From assembly GCF_004010195.1 (NCBI RefSeq), contig NC_057750.1:2796112-2860111 (forward strand): 64,000 nt of DNA. The letters are read 5' to 3'. The DNA is from Chiloscyllium plagiosum (Eukaryota). Each line of letters begins with the position of its first letter. Position 1 is the first letter of the stretch. The notes beneath the pieces are model-generated. The model saw only the letters and a program-made list of their open reading frames with translations, made no database searches and was not told the origin of the DNA. The position numbers and the translations under genes are program-made. Below are positions 11,676 to 23,700 of this stretch, in pieces.

Positions 11676-13417
11676 CTCCCAAATGGAAAAATGTACCAAT
11701 GACCCAAATAATTTTATTTTTTGCTTTGATTGGCATTATTTGTGGAATTACCATAGTGAGCATTACTGTGGAGACACCTGGGTTTGCTGGGTGAATAGGA
11801 GTTGTTGTTTCCCCAGTGCTGCCTGTGGAGATAGGGCAGGGTGACAGTGCGGGCACATGCTGTCATACAGTATTTACTGTAAATTGGCCCATGCTCGTGT
11901 GAGGGTCTCAGGGCTGCACATAAACAACCTCTTAACACACTCACAGTGAACACTTAATGATGGAAGAGAAACTGAAGAGGAAATGAACCAGCAAAGCTGA
12001 TAATTGGTGGAGCTGGCCCTTTAAGCAGGAGCTGCAACCCCATACATTTTGGAAGCTTTGACATTCTGCAAGTTATCAGTCACAACAAAGCAATCCAGAG
12101 AGGCAAATCCAACAGAAACCATAAACTCAACAATGAAACTCATAAAACTTCAACAATAATCCTGCCTCCAGTCTCCAATTGCATTTTTATTGTGCCAGGT
12201 ATTTTCCCTTCCCTCTTTAAAACTCTGAAGCTTCCTGCCCCTCATGTAAGTCATCATCTAACTCCTGGGCGACAATCATTGAACAACACAAATGTGAGTG
12301 ATCAATTCAAATTAACCCCAGCCTTGTGATTTTTTTTTAAAACGCTGGTCTCAGTAATAAATCTGTCATGAGTCAGCATGAATCTGTGAAGAATTGATTC
12401 TTAAAAGCCAACTGATCTCAGCGTTGTCCCTTCAAGAAAGGCTACCTGCATCCCTTGGGCATTCCAGACCCATATGTGACTCCAGTCCCATACCAAAGGG
12501 CCTGGCCTTGTAAGGAAGGGAAGACTCACAATGGTCAGGCAATAAAAGCAAGTTTCAAAACTAGCAGCAAAAGCAGCCAATTTACAAAGGCCCTGTTGAT
12601 CTGATTTGGTGATGTTGGCTGAGGGGTCAATGAACCCATACTCTGTATTTTAACCCCTGTTAACCTTGTCCCAGGTGTGTTTGATGGGGACAGTGTTGAA
12701 GGAATTTTGAGTTAGAGTTTAAAGTGTTGGGAGGGGTTTTCAACTATGTTCATCCCATGCTGTCCCTGTCCCAGGAGCGTTTAATGGGGACGAGGTTGAG
12801 GGAACCTGACTTTTTAGTTCAAGAGAGTTGAGAAGGTGAATGTTGGCCAAGTTATCAGGGAGAATTAGAGCTTAAGGCCTGTGTTTTCAATTTGAGTTTC
12901 TCTGAAGGATAGAATCAGGTCCACAGTGGGTAAAATCATCCCCCACTCTCCCAGGTACTGAGTTCCATAACCAGTAGCAAAATGCCTAGATTGGATTTGG
13001 AGAAGTGATGGCCTAGTGATATTATTGGTGGACTGTTGATCCAGAGACCCAGTTCTGGGGACCTGGGTTCAAATCCTGCCATAGGAGATGGTGAAATTTG
13101 AATTCATTTTTTAAAACAAATTTGGTATTAAAAGCCTAAAGGTGACCATGAAACCATTGTCAATTGTTGGAAAAACCCATCTGATTCACTAATGACCTTT
13201 AGGAAAGGAAACTGCAGTCCTTACCCAGTCTGACCTACATGTGACTCCAGACCCACAGCAATGTGGTCAACTGTTAACTGCCCTCAGGGCAATTAGGGAT
13301 GGGAAATAAATGCCAGCAACGCTGTCACCCCATTGATGAAAACAAACCCTTGCTCTTTGGCACTGAGTCCAATTGAAGAGATGCGGTGGATCAGGAAAGA
13401 ACGCAAGGCCGACTCAC

Positions 13418-13590
13418 CCTCTCCATGTGGTAGGTGTGCAGTTGGTCTGCCATCTGCCGGAGTTGGATCCCAATCTGCCGGATGACGGCCTCATCGTCCC
13501 CATCCTCCTGCACAATGTTTCCACCTCGTGATGTGAGCGGTGAGGCGACTCCTTCCTCTGATCTGACGGCCTGTATCTGCCGGGAGCCAC
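13418..13590 (-). CDS. bbc3: bbc3 coding exon 2 containing the BH3 domain (...DDEAVIRQIGIQLRQMADQLHTYHMER)
   Basis: Acceptor tcttgtgcgtctctctccag|GT, donor GAGAGG|gtgagt, 173 nt open. The BH3 aligns with mammalian PUMA EIGAQLRRMADDLNAQYER, including the Ala-Asp pair and an acidic run before the helix. Confidence 0.93.
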
Positions 13591-14274
13591 CTGGAGAGAG
13601 ACGCACAAGAGGTTGAGGGCAGGCCCACCAACACTTCACACTGTCCTCAAGCCTACCCCTACAACCCTTGCACTGCTGCCAGACGGGACGGTGGAATTCA
13701 CAACAACTTCCATTTCCATAGCACCTTTTAACACAGCAACCTGTAGGATACAGAGGCCACTCGGCCCATCGAGTCCCAGGAGGGCGAACAAAACAAAACT
13801 CAATGCTGAAGCACATGAGATAGATGGACCAATAGCTCAGTCGAAGAGGCAGGTTTCCAGGGAGTGAGATGAGTGCAGAGGAGGAAATGTTTCTGGGAGG
13901 GAGTCCTAGATCTCGAAGGCCAGGCAGCCGAAGTCACGGCCACCAATGGTGGAGTAATAAAAACCATGAAGCACTCGAGGCCAGGGTGAGACAGATGTGG
14001 CTATCTCAGAGGGTTTTGAGGCTAGAGGAGGTTAGAGAGAATGAAAGCCATGGAGTGACTTGAAGACCAAGCTAAAAGTTTTAAATTCAAGGCTCAAGAC
14101 TTTGTTCTGCCAGTTCCATGACTGCCACTCAATCAGGTTGTGCAACCAGACAATATGTTTCACAACCTGTTCATCCACATTGGAAATGAGCAAGCAGCTC
14201 TTAGCCTAGCACTACAACTCACAGTTATTAAAAATCATATCACAATGACTCATGGACAACTTTTCTTACGTTCG

Positions 14275-14745
14275 TAGCGAGCTTGCCTCTGAGTCAAAAG
14301 GTCACCGCTTAGAATCATATTCAACAAACTTAAAACACAAGCTGACTGTCCCAGTGCAGTACAGAAAAATAGGAAGCACCGCACTGTCGGAGGGTCAGTG
14401 CTGAGGGAGTGCCGCACTGTCGGAGGGTCAGTGTGTCGGAGGGTCAGTGCTGAGGGAGTGCCGCACTGTCGGAGGGTCAGTGCTGAGGGAATGCCACAGT
14501 GTCGGAGAGTCAGTGCTGAGGGAGTGCCGCACTGTCAGTGGGTCAGTGTTGAGGGAGTGGGCACTGTCGGAGGGCCAGTGCTGAGGGAGTGGGCACTGTC
14601 GGAGGGTCAGTGCTGAGGGAGTGCCGCACTGTCGAGGTGCTGCCTTTCAGATGAAACTGAAAACCCACTTGTTCTCTTGGTGGATATAAAAGGATACCAG
14701 CTGTGGTGGGGATGTTCTCCCTGGGCTCCTGGACATTATTCAGAC
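14275..14745 (+). mobile_element. SacSINE1/DeuSINE-like element with internal 33-bp tandem expansion (14378-14635)
   Basis: ccagtgcagtac, then repeated (gtgctgagggagtgccgcactgtcggagggtca), then gaggtgctgcctttcagatg...ggtggatataaaag, which resembles the Deu domain. Confidence 0.75.
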
Positions 14746-17671
14746 CCAAAAAACAAAACCCTATTGAGATGATTTGTTAATATCAGGCGCAATGGGATTG
14801 TGAAAGATCTTTTAGTGACAGAAACTAAAATGTTCACATATTGACTCTCTGGGAAAGGCACTTATTCTCTCCATCCCCATGTGTGAAGGTATCTGTGGAC
14901 AGTCATGTTTCTGTGCATCACATTATGTGTCCTTTCCACAGGAGTTAGGACCGATCACACGCAGCCGTGACCTATTTACCGACACATTTCATAACCTGTT
15001 ACTCGGTTAGTCATAGACTTCCCCACCAGCTGTGGCAATTGTTCTCAGAGTTCCTGTTGACTGAAGTCGAGACAGATCAAACTGGCTTCGTGTTGCTGAG
15101 TGTATCCTGTCCTGGAACACTCTGGATAGGTGCCAGTTACAGAACTTCACAGTAGCCAAACCTCTGATTATCAACCTGTCCTTTCTAAAATTAGGCACAT
15201 CTTGGTGCCCGATAAACTTTGGTCCCAATGTGGCCCATTCAATTTCTTTTGTCACCAATGTGCATCTTACAAAGAGGCCTGATTCAATGATTGCAAGCAC
15301 AGGTAATAGAATCGCTGTTTGTTCTTCAGTCCCTTACAATTGGCTGTGAGGAGGGTTGGGGGTTGGGGGGGTGTGGGATGTGTTGATGCAGTGTGCAAGA
15401 TGCTCACAGTTTAATTGCACTTTGAAAGGAGTAGCAGCAAAAAGTCTGAACAGCCTCGAAGCTGGGGAACTAAACCTTGGAAAGTGGGAATTGCATTTCC
15501 CTAGCACCTATCAACTCCAGAACACACCCTGCCCCCAACCCCCCCCCCAAAAAAAAACTGTCTGCCTGGGACCATGAAGCACTTTCAGAGTGCAGCTGAC
15601 AGACGAAATGCTGCAGGCAATCAGCGCACAGCAAGATCCCACAATGCAGCAGTAGAGTTTGGGGGGTGGGGTGAGGTCTGATGCTGGGGGCACCCAATGC
15701 ATTTGGACATCGAGAGATGGCAGTATCAGAGTCAGCCCGCACTGCAGCTTGCTCCAGGGCCCATGATTTTTGACATGTCCTTGGGGGATGTCGATGGCGA
15801 GATGCCCAGAGACAGAGCAACCTGACCCTGCAGCAGCTGCTGACTTCAGGATCTTCTGCTGTTTATGTGGAATCTGTACTTTTAGACAATGCTGTACCAT
15901 GGAAAATGCCAAAAGCATCCTGTCCCTGTGGCTGTACAGACACGTTCTCCCTCAGGACTTACAAATGTCTTCTCTCTGTCCCGAGATGCCAGGACTGAGA
16001 CGTTACAACTGCTGGAGAAAGCTCAGCAAGATTGGACTGCATTCTTTGGAAAAGACATGACTGAGAGGGTGACCTGACAGATGTTATGAAAGGGAATCGT
16101 CAGGGTAGATGGAGAAGGTGTTTCCATTGTGTGTGAGAGCATCATCCGTACAAGACAGTCACAGGAAAAACCAGTTACCTTTGTCCAGAGTGTGTGGAAC
16201 GTATTCCAACAGTTACAGGCTAATGAGACAAATAGCAAAGAAACATTACAGAGGAAATTCATGGAGAGAGATTGGATAGATTGGGGTTGGTTTCCTTGGA
16301 GCAGAAGAGACTGAGAGCGAGCTGATTGAGAGGTATAAAATGATGAGGGGTGTAGATTTTTCCCCTTGATGGAGAAATCAATGATCAGGCAGGGGGGGGC
16401 ATGTAGATTTAAGGGGCAGGATGTTTAAGGGGATATGAGGAAAAGCTTTTCCCCAAGAGGAATCCAGAACTCACTGCCTGTAAGGGTGGGAGAGGCAGAT
16501 TTAAGAAATATGTGGATGTGGATTTGTGATGTCAAGGCGGAAGGCTATGGTCTAGAAAGGGGGATTAAAATAGGTAGGTGAATATGTGTGACTGGCAGAG
16601 ACCGATGGGCCGAAGGACCTTTCTGTGTACTGTATGATATAATGAAACTGGATAAACACATAACAAAGGAAGGAATAGAAAGATAGAGAGAGAGAGAGAG
16701 AGAGAGGGGGAGAGTAGAGAGTAGGAGGCTCAGGTGAAACACAAACACCAGCACTGAGTAACTGGGCTGACTGGTCTATTTCTGTCCTGTGAATATACCA
16801 TCGTGTACGTACGAAGATGTTTCGGAGGGAGAGTGTCACAGGATGGGGCGAGGGGTATCATATCCCACCAGTTCCTCAGGAAACCACCAGACCCCTTAGT
16901 ACATGGTAATTCCAGTCTTTATAACGCACCCTCCCAGCTCCAGCTCCACTGATGCACTGTGGGGGCGGAAGGTGAACCCTGAGACTTTCACAAAGTTTCA
17001 CTCTCCCAGCGGCGCCCCTTTAAAAACGTTCTTCACCAACTGAATATTTTAAACTTTGAGGAGAATGTGTCACTCCTCACTGTGCCTTATACAGCTGCTG
17101 ATACATCCTCCCAGGGCTAGACCCTTTCCCAAAACACACTCTGTACACACCACCAAGACCCTTTCCCCCTGACCCCATAACCTCCCCATCTGCCTCCTCT
17201 AACCATATCCTACCCATTATCCCAATACCCTCTCCAATCTCCCAATATCCTGATCCTCCTCCAATCCCCTCCTCATCTCCAATATCCTCCCTATTGCCCC
17301 CAAATAGCCCCCTCCCCCAATATCCTCTCTTCTCCCAATACCTTCACTCTCACCCAAGCAGCATCTCTCCCCTCCCTCAAATATCCTCCCCTCCCACCCT
17401 CCCATATCTTCCCTCTCCACTCAATACCCTCATATTCCTGTTTCCCTCTCCTCACGGACTGTACGACCTGCTGAGTTTCTCCAGCATTTCCTTGTTCTCA
17501 AGTTCAGATTTCCAGTTTCACTAAGGACTCAGGTGCCACAGACAAATATTGTAGTTGAAAATATCACACAAGCTGCCAGCCTGCTCACCCTAAAAGCCTC
17601 TAGAAATAAAGTTATATTTTCAGAGCGGTTTGTGGCACTAATTAATATTCAGAGAGGAGAGAGAGAGAATG

Positions 17672-17691
17672 GGGCATGTCTGAACTTGCCT
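17672..17691. promoter_or_regulatory. Perfect p53-family response element GGGCATGTCT-GAACTTGCCT in bbc3 intron 2
   Basis: Two RRRCWWGYYY decamers with no mismatch and no spacer, followed by a third weak CATG half-site; unique, non-repeat context. Confidence 0.85.
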
Positions 17692-18532
17692 GACATGGTA
17701 CAAGACGATAGGAGCTCACAGATCAACCCAGAGCTACCTATCGATTTCTGTTGAACTCACTCTGAATGTCCCCTCTCCTCCTGAACAGACTCGACTCGGG
17801 CTGGGCAAGCAGACTTTTAGGAGTGGCCAGCATGATCGCGAATACAGGTGGGTTATTTAGCTATGGGAAATATCACAGGGAAAAGGGCTGAGAGGGACAG
17901 CTATATCCGCTCAGGTGATGCTCCAGGTGAGAGTGCACCCCCCCCCCCATTAGGTAGAGAACCAGGCTGGTTACAGGTTCAATCTCCACGCCCCCACCCC
18001 CCAGCACCCTCCACCAGCCCTCCCCACCTGCTCTAAGCAGTCCATCTGGAAAAGGAAGGGTGCTTTAATCACCGTCTGGTGATTCCTACTGAAACCTCTG
18101 TTGAGGACGTTGGTCTGGGGTCAGTTCTGGCAAACCTGCCATGCCTTTTGCAGCTGAATAGCTGCCCGCCACACTGATGAGATTTCTGTGAAATCGGTAC
18201 TGTTAATTCCTCCCCGCAACTCCAAACAAAACAAGGGAGGTCATTTTGGCAGACAGGTCAAAGGCACCTCGCTCCCTCCACCCCCACCCCCACCTACCAT
18301 AACCAGGTATGAGACAAGACTTTGGTGGCTATTTGACTATGGGAAGAATCACAACCTTCCATGGTCAGACAGCAGGGCTCACACAGGAAGGGGGGCCACT
18401 GTGCAACCGAATCTCTGGAGTCAGAGATGCCCCACAGAGTGGACTCTCAGTGCCAGCCAGCAGCTTGTGGGACAGGGAGAGAGAGAGAGGAAACAGAGTG
18501 TCCAAAAGATACTGTGCAAACTGGAGTCTTAC

Positions 18533-18752
18533 CGGGAAATGGGGTGTTGGTGGAGGCATTCATCCCACAGGTCAGCTGGCCCCTGCAGCCTGAAGTAGTC
18601 ACTGAGGAGTTATTGTATTCTGCCTGGCACCTGACAGAATGGGCACAAAAGTTGGTGGCAGTGCAGTTGGTGAGGCTTGACTGAACTTCCCTCGGGATGT
18701 GTTCCTGCGTGTGTGCATCAGATGAGTTTCCGTCATCGAACGGTTTGGCCAT
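18533..18752 (-). CDS. bbc3: bbc3 coding exon 1 (73 codons + 1 nt): MAKPFDDGNSSDAHTQEHIP...GMNASTNTPFP
   Basis: Acceptor tgtttgttttccag|cag lies 12-15 nt upstream of the ATG (context agcATGG). Donor CCCG|gtaag at 18533 is phase 1 and matches the phase-1 acceptor of the BH3 exon. Confidence 0.82.
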
Positions 18753-18919
18753 GCTGCTAACAACCTGCTGGAAAACAAACAGCACAGATTAACGCCAGCG
18801 AGGCCTGCATTTATATACCGCCTTTCACAACCTCAGGTGGTCATCCATTTAACATCAATTATGTACTTACTTTAAAGATGTTGAAATTTTGGATGGTACA
18901 AGAACCCATAAGTTGTTCA

Positions 18920-19236
18920 TAGAATCACGAAGCAGGCCATTCAGCCCACATTGACCCTCTATACAGCATTCCATTCAAACCCATACCTCCTCCTTATCCC
19001 TGTAACCCTGCATTTCCCATGCCTAACCCACCTAGCCAGCACACTATAGGACAATTTCTCATGGCCAACCCACCCTAACCTGAACATCTTTGGACTGTGG
19101 GAGGAAACCGCAAACCCGCACAGACACGGGGAGAATGTACAAACTGTACACAGACAGTCACCCGAGGCTGGAATCGAACCTGGGTCCCCGGCAGTGTGAG
19201 GCAGCAGTGCTGACCACTGAATCACCGTGCCACCCC
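18920..19236 (-). mobile_element. HE1-type SINE in bbc3 intron 1
   Basis: Complete head-to-tail copy. Confidence 0.88.
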
Positions 19237-20875
19237 TAGGCCACAGACTGTCCACACACCACTTACTGCTGCCAATGAAAGGGAACTCACTTTCTCGACT
19301 GAAAAGGACAGTGTTTTTACTGTGAACTGTTCCCCAAAAGGAACTCCTTTGCTTAACATCAGTGTACAAAGTGTTCTTAATCTCTGTCAAGCGCTGCGCA
19401 GAGATGACAAACAAAGTTGCAGCCTTTGTTGCATATTATGAACAAAACGCAGGCAACCCCCTGACGCCACAGTTTCTGTCTGGCCACTGTAGCAAACGTG
19501 GGATACCCTTAAAAGGGGAACCTAGGTCATCCTCACTATTTTCTACAACCCTCTCACGGGTTGCCCCCTTGGTGGGCATGGGTCAGCAGTGCTAACCCGC
19601 TTAGCATTACTTGTGGGTGGGCTTCAACTGTGTGTAGAGAGCTGGCTATTCGACTACAGAAAGCGTCACTTCACTTGACATGTGCTGCCTGGGGCAAATT
19701 CAGGCCCCTACACAGAACCTGTGGCTGATTCCATCTGCAACCCCCCCCACCAAAGGCAGTAGAGTCTGGAATCAGGAAGTGGGTTGTCACAGAGTCTGCC
19801 GCTGCAGGGAGGGAGCGTAGGCAGAGGCTGGGTGGCAGAATGAAGGAAATGGCCAAAATAAAACCCAATGGTGACATGGGAAGGAAGGCAGCACACACTG
19901 AGCCGTCTGTGCTGCCTGACAGGACGGTCAACAGGGAACAAAATAAACAAGCAAGAAGTTACAAACGATGTTGGGAGAGGTAGAGGGCGATGGGGATTAA
20001 TTGCAGCTCTTTCAAACAGCCAGCATTCACAGAGATGGACCAAATGGCCTTCTGTTTTGTATCAATCTATGCCACATTGAATTTGTGGCAATCCTGGTCA
20101 CCAAATTAAATTTACAAAAGGTAGAGCGAGCAAATTCATTTTATGTTGCATTTCGGGCTGCTGGGGGTGTACTACCATTGGCACCAAACTGCAACAACAT
20201 CCCCACCCCCACCCCACCCACCCCCCAACCCTGTTTACAATTCCAAATTCTAATCTCAGTCATGGCAAAACCAAACTTTCTCTTTGACAGTTTAAATAAG
20301 GATTAGAGCTGGGATTAAGCAAGTGATTTGGATAAACAAACTGAACCACAGTGGTACCCACACCTTGGTGTTTCAGGTAACAATTCTCTCATGGAGGGGT
20401 TGCTTCGGAAAAGGTTCCTGCTGGCTCAGGCAGTGTTTAGGGTGGGTTCAAACCTCATCCCGCACTGATGTCCAGTACACAGCTGGCGGGAGGAAAATTA
20501 CCCTCTAATCGCAAGGAGGTGAGCAGGATACCGCCCGCAGTCGAATAGCCGGCTGAGACTAGCTTGGCCCTGGTCAGTTCAGAAGTGGAATGGGATGTGG
20601 TGGCATTAAGGAATGAAACTAGGGGGCATGCATTTAAGGTGAGAGGGGGCAAGTTCAAAGGAGATGTGAGGGACACAGAGAGTGGTAGGAGTCTGGAACC
20701 CACTGTCAGGGATGATAGGGGCATTTAAGGGACTTTAGGATAAGCACATGAATATGCAAGAATGAAGGGATATGGACCAAGGGCAGGCAGAAGGGGTTAG
20801 TCTAATTTGGTGTCATGCTCAGCACAACGTCATGGGCCAAAGGGTCCATTTCTGTGCTGTACTGTTCAATGTTTC

Positions 20876-22180
20876 ATAGTAATAGAAACAGGAGTAGGCC
20901 ATTTGGCCCATCAAGCCTGCACTGCCATTCATTAAGATCATGACTGATCTATCCATTGTCTTAGCTCCTCCTACCTGCATTTATCCCCATAATCCTTAAT
21001 TCCCCTACCATGCAAAAACCCTTCCAATTGTGTCTTGAATATATTTAATTCTACTAGAACATTAAGAACCAGGAGCAGGAGTAGGCCATCTGTCCCCTCC
21101 AGCCCGCTCCACTGTTCAATAAGATCAATTGCTGATCTTTTCAAGGCCTCAGCTCCACTTACCTACCCTCTCACTGTATCCAATAATCCCTTTATTGTTC
21201 AAAAAATCTCTACCTTAGCTTTAAAAACGTTTACTGAAGCAGCATCAACTGCTTCCCTGGGCGGGGAATTCCACAGATTCACAACCCTCTGGGTGAAGAA
21301 GTTCCTTCTCAATTCAGTCTTAAATCTGCTCACCCTAATCTCAAGATTATGCCCTCTTGTCCTAGTTTCACCTGCCAGTGGAAACCTCCTTTCTACTTTA
21401 TCTTATGTATTCCCTTCATAATTTTATATGTTTCTACAAGATCTCCCTCATTCTTCTGAATTCCAGTGAATGTAATCCCAATCTACTCAGTCTCTCCTCA
21501 TAAGCCAACCCCCTCAACTCCAGGATCAACCTGGTGAACCTCTTCTGCACCCCCTCCAGGGCCAGTATATCCTTTTTTAAGTAAGGAGGCCAAAATGGCA
21601 CACAGTACTCCAGGTGTGGCCTCACCAGCACCCTGTACATCTACAACATAACCTCCCTGTTTTTAAACTCCATCCCTTTCGCAATGAAAGATAATGTTCC
21701 AGTTGCCTTCCTAATTACCTGTTGTACCTGCAGATCAACCTTCTGTGATTCATGCACAAGGACACCCAGGTCCCTCTGCATAGCAGCATGCTGCAACTTT
21801 TTACCATTCAAGTAATAATCTTTTTTACTGTTACTCCTACCAAAATGGATTACTTCACATTTATTAACATTGTATTCCATCTGCCAGACCTTTGCCCACT
21901 CACTTAAAGTATCTATGTCCTCCACACACTGTGCTCGGCCACTCAGTTTCATCTGCAAACTTTGGCACACTACACATGGTCCCCAACTCCAAATCATCTA
22001 TATAAATAGTGAATAATTGTGGTCCCAACATCGATCCCTGAGGCACACCGCTAGTTACTGATTGCCAACCAGAATAGCACTCATTTATCCCCAGTCTTTC
22101 AATCAATCCTCTGTCCATGCTAACACTTTACCTGTAACACCACACATCTTTATCTTATGCAGCAGCCTCTTGTGGGCACC
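20876..22180 (-). mobile_element. CR1-clade LINE with reverse-transcriptase region, frameshifted, with a nested second 3' tail
   Basis: SGVPQGSMLGPQLFTIYIDDL, KFAD, WQMEYNVNKCEVIHFG, RDLGVLVH and [15 protein letters not shown] occur in successive frames. Confidence 0.93.
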
Positions 22181-23356
22181 CAGTGGTTCCTTACAGCTTG
22201 CAGAATTTCTAGCAGCGATGTGGAGGAGCCGGTGTTGGACTGGGGTGGAAAAAGTTAAAAATCACACAACACCAGAGGTTTATTTGGAAGCACTAACTTT
22301 CGGAGCGCTGTTGGACTATAACCTGGATGTTGTGTGATTTTAAAAACTTTCTAGCAGGGTTGTATCAGCTGCTGAGTTTGGGGGGGCAGGCCCAACAGGA
22401 GGCAAGGTGGGAGGGAGTAAGCGGCGCACATGAACCTTTCAGGGGATGGGGTGTTTGGTGCTGTGCGAGGAGGAGGCAAGGCGTGCTGCAGATCCCGCAG
22501 CAGCCCACAGTGGGCGCCCTCCCCTCCCCTCTCTCTCTCTCTCTGTGCCACTTTCTGGGTTGTTTGCAAACAAAAGCTCACATGTGAAGCGAAGCACTTA
22601 AAGCGGCACTGTCTCCTTCAAAACAAAACAAAATTGCAGCACACGGTTCGTTAAAAATGCCAGCCAGGCGTCAGAAGATGCGCTGTTTCCACCCAGAATT
22701 CTGACCGGTTCGTTTCTTAAATGGCAAAGGGAAAAATAAAGCATGGACCGAAAATAAAATCAAGAGCGGGGCAATTAATTCCAAGCCAACTTTTTAAATG
22801 TAATCTCAGTGGAAAGGCTGAATCTCGATACTTTCTTTATCTAACGGTCATTGAGGGGGAGAAAAAAAAACATGAAAAGGCACAGGAGGAGGGAGAGAAA
22901 TAAAGGCATTATTACCGCTTTAACAGTCAGATTCTCACGCCAAGAGATGACATGACACACTTAAAATGATCATCATCAAAAATAATAACATTTGGGAAGG
23001 AAAATCATTTGGTGTAAAGCTTATCGCAACTATATAACTGAGATTAGAAGTCAGGACTCGTAAATAAAACATATTACAGTAAGCAAACAGGGACAATGCT
23101 CAGCACTTTATACAAATTTCTGGCGATCTCAATATTCCCCATTAATTTTGCACATTCTGGCCTCAGACAATCGCACGGACCTTAACTGCACTTTTTCCAA
23201 GGAATTATCAATCGGGAATAAATTGTTACGTGTGGAAGCCTCTCCAACCTTTTGAGAGTAACATTGGGACTAACAGTCTCCCAGACGGCGAAGCACTAAA
23301 TATCCCAGATCGGTTACAAAACCAAATCATACATTTCACATCACGCTGAAACTCAC

Positions 23357-23700
23357 CTGCGATCGGCTCCACTTTTAAAACACCATTGCCCAGACAAACA
23401 GCCTGTCTCTCCAGCTGTCACTCTTCACAGGAGATTGTGAGGAAGAGGGGGAAAATAAGCGAGCGTTAGATTTAAAATCTCAATCGCGTCAAAAGAACAT
23501 TCACTTTCAGTGCAATTTCAGGGACACGCTGATTCATTGAAACCTACCAGGAGGCAAACCCCTGAGCACAAAATCAAATCCAAAATCCCTTTCCCTTTCA
23601 GGACTTTTTTTTCAGGGGATTGTGGATTTTAGATGTAAATTGTTGCTGTTTCTCTCTGTCTCTCTCTGAGAGCTGCTCGGATGCAGTGAGTCATTCAGAG
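23357..23700 (-). other. bbc3: Probable non-coding first exon of bbc3 (5' end not determined)
   Basis: Consensus donor GCAG|gtgagt at 23357 in a repeat-free, relatively CpG-rich block, just downstream of a p53/NF-kB/CRE motif cluster. Confidence 0.6.

Larger units (their letters stand above)
2145..23700 (-). other. bbc3: Gene span of BH3-only pro-apoptotic gene, probable BCL2-binding component 3 (PUMA); 4 exons, 164-aa product; both ends approximate
   Basis: Three coding exons join in frame through canonical GT-AG sites (phase 1, then phase 0). The protein starts MAKPFDDGNSS, carries BH3 IGIQLRQMADQL and ends in a hydrophobic tail. p53 elements and a polyA signal sit where expected for PUMA. 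Confidence 0.88.
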
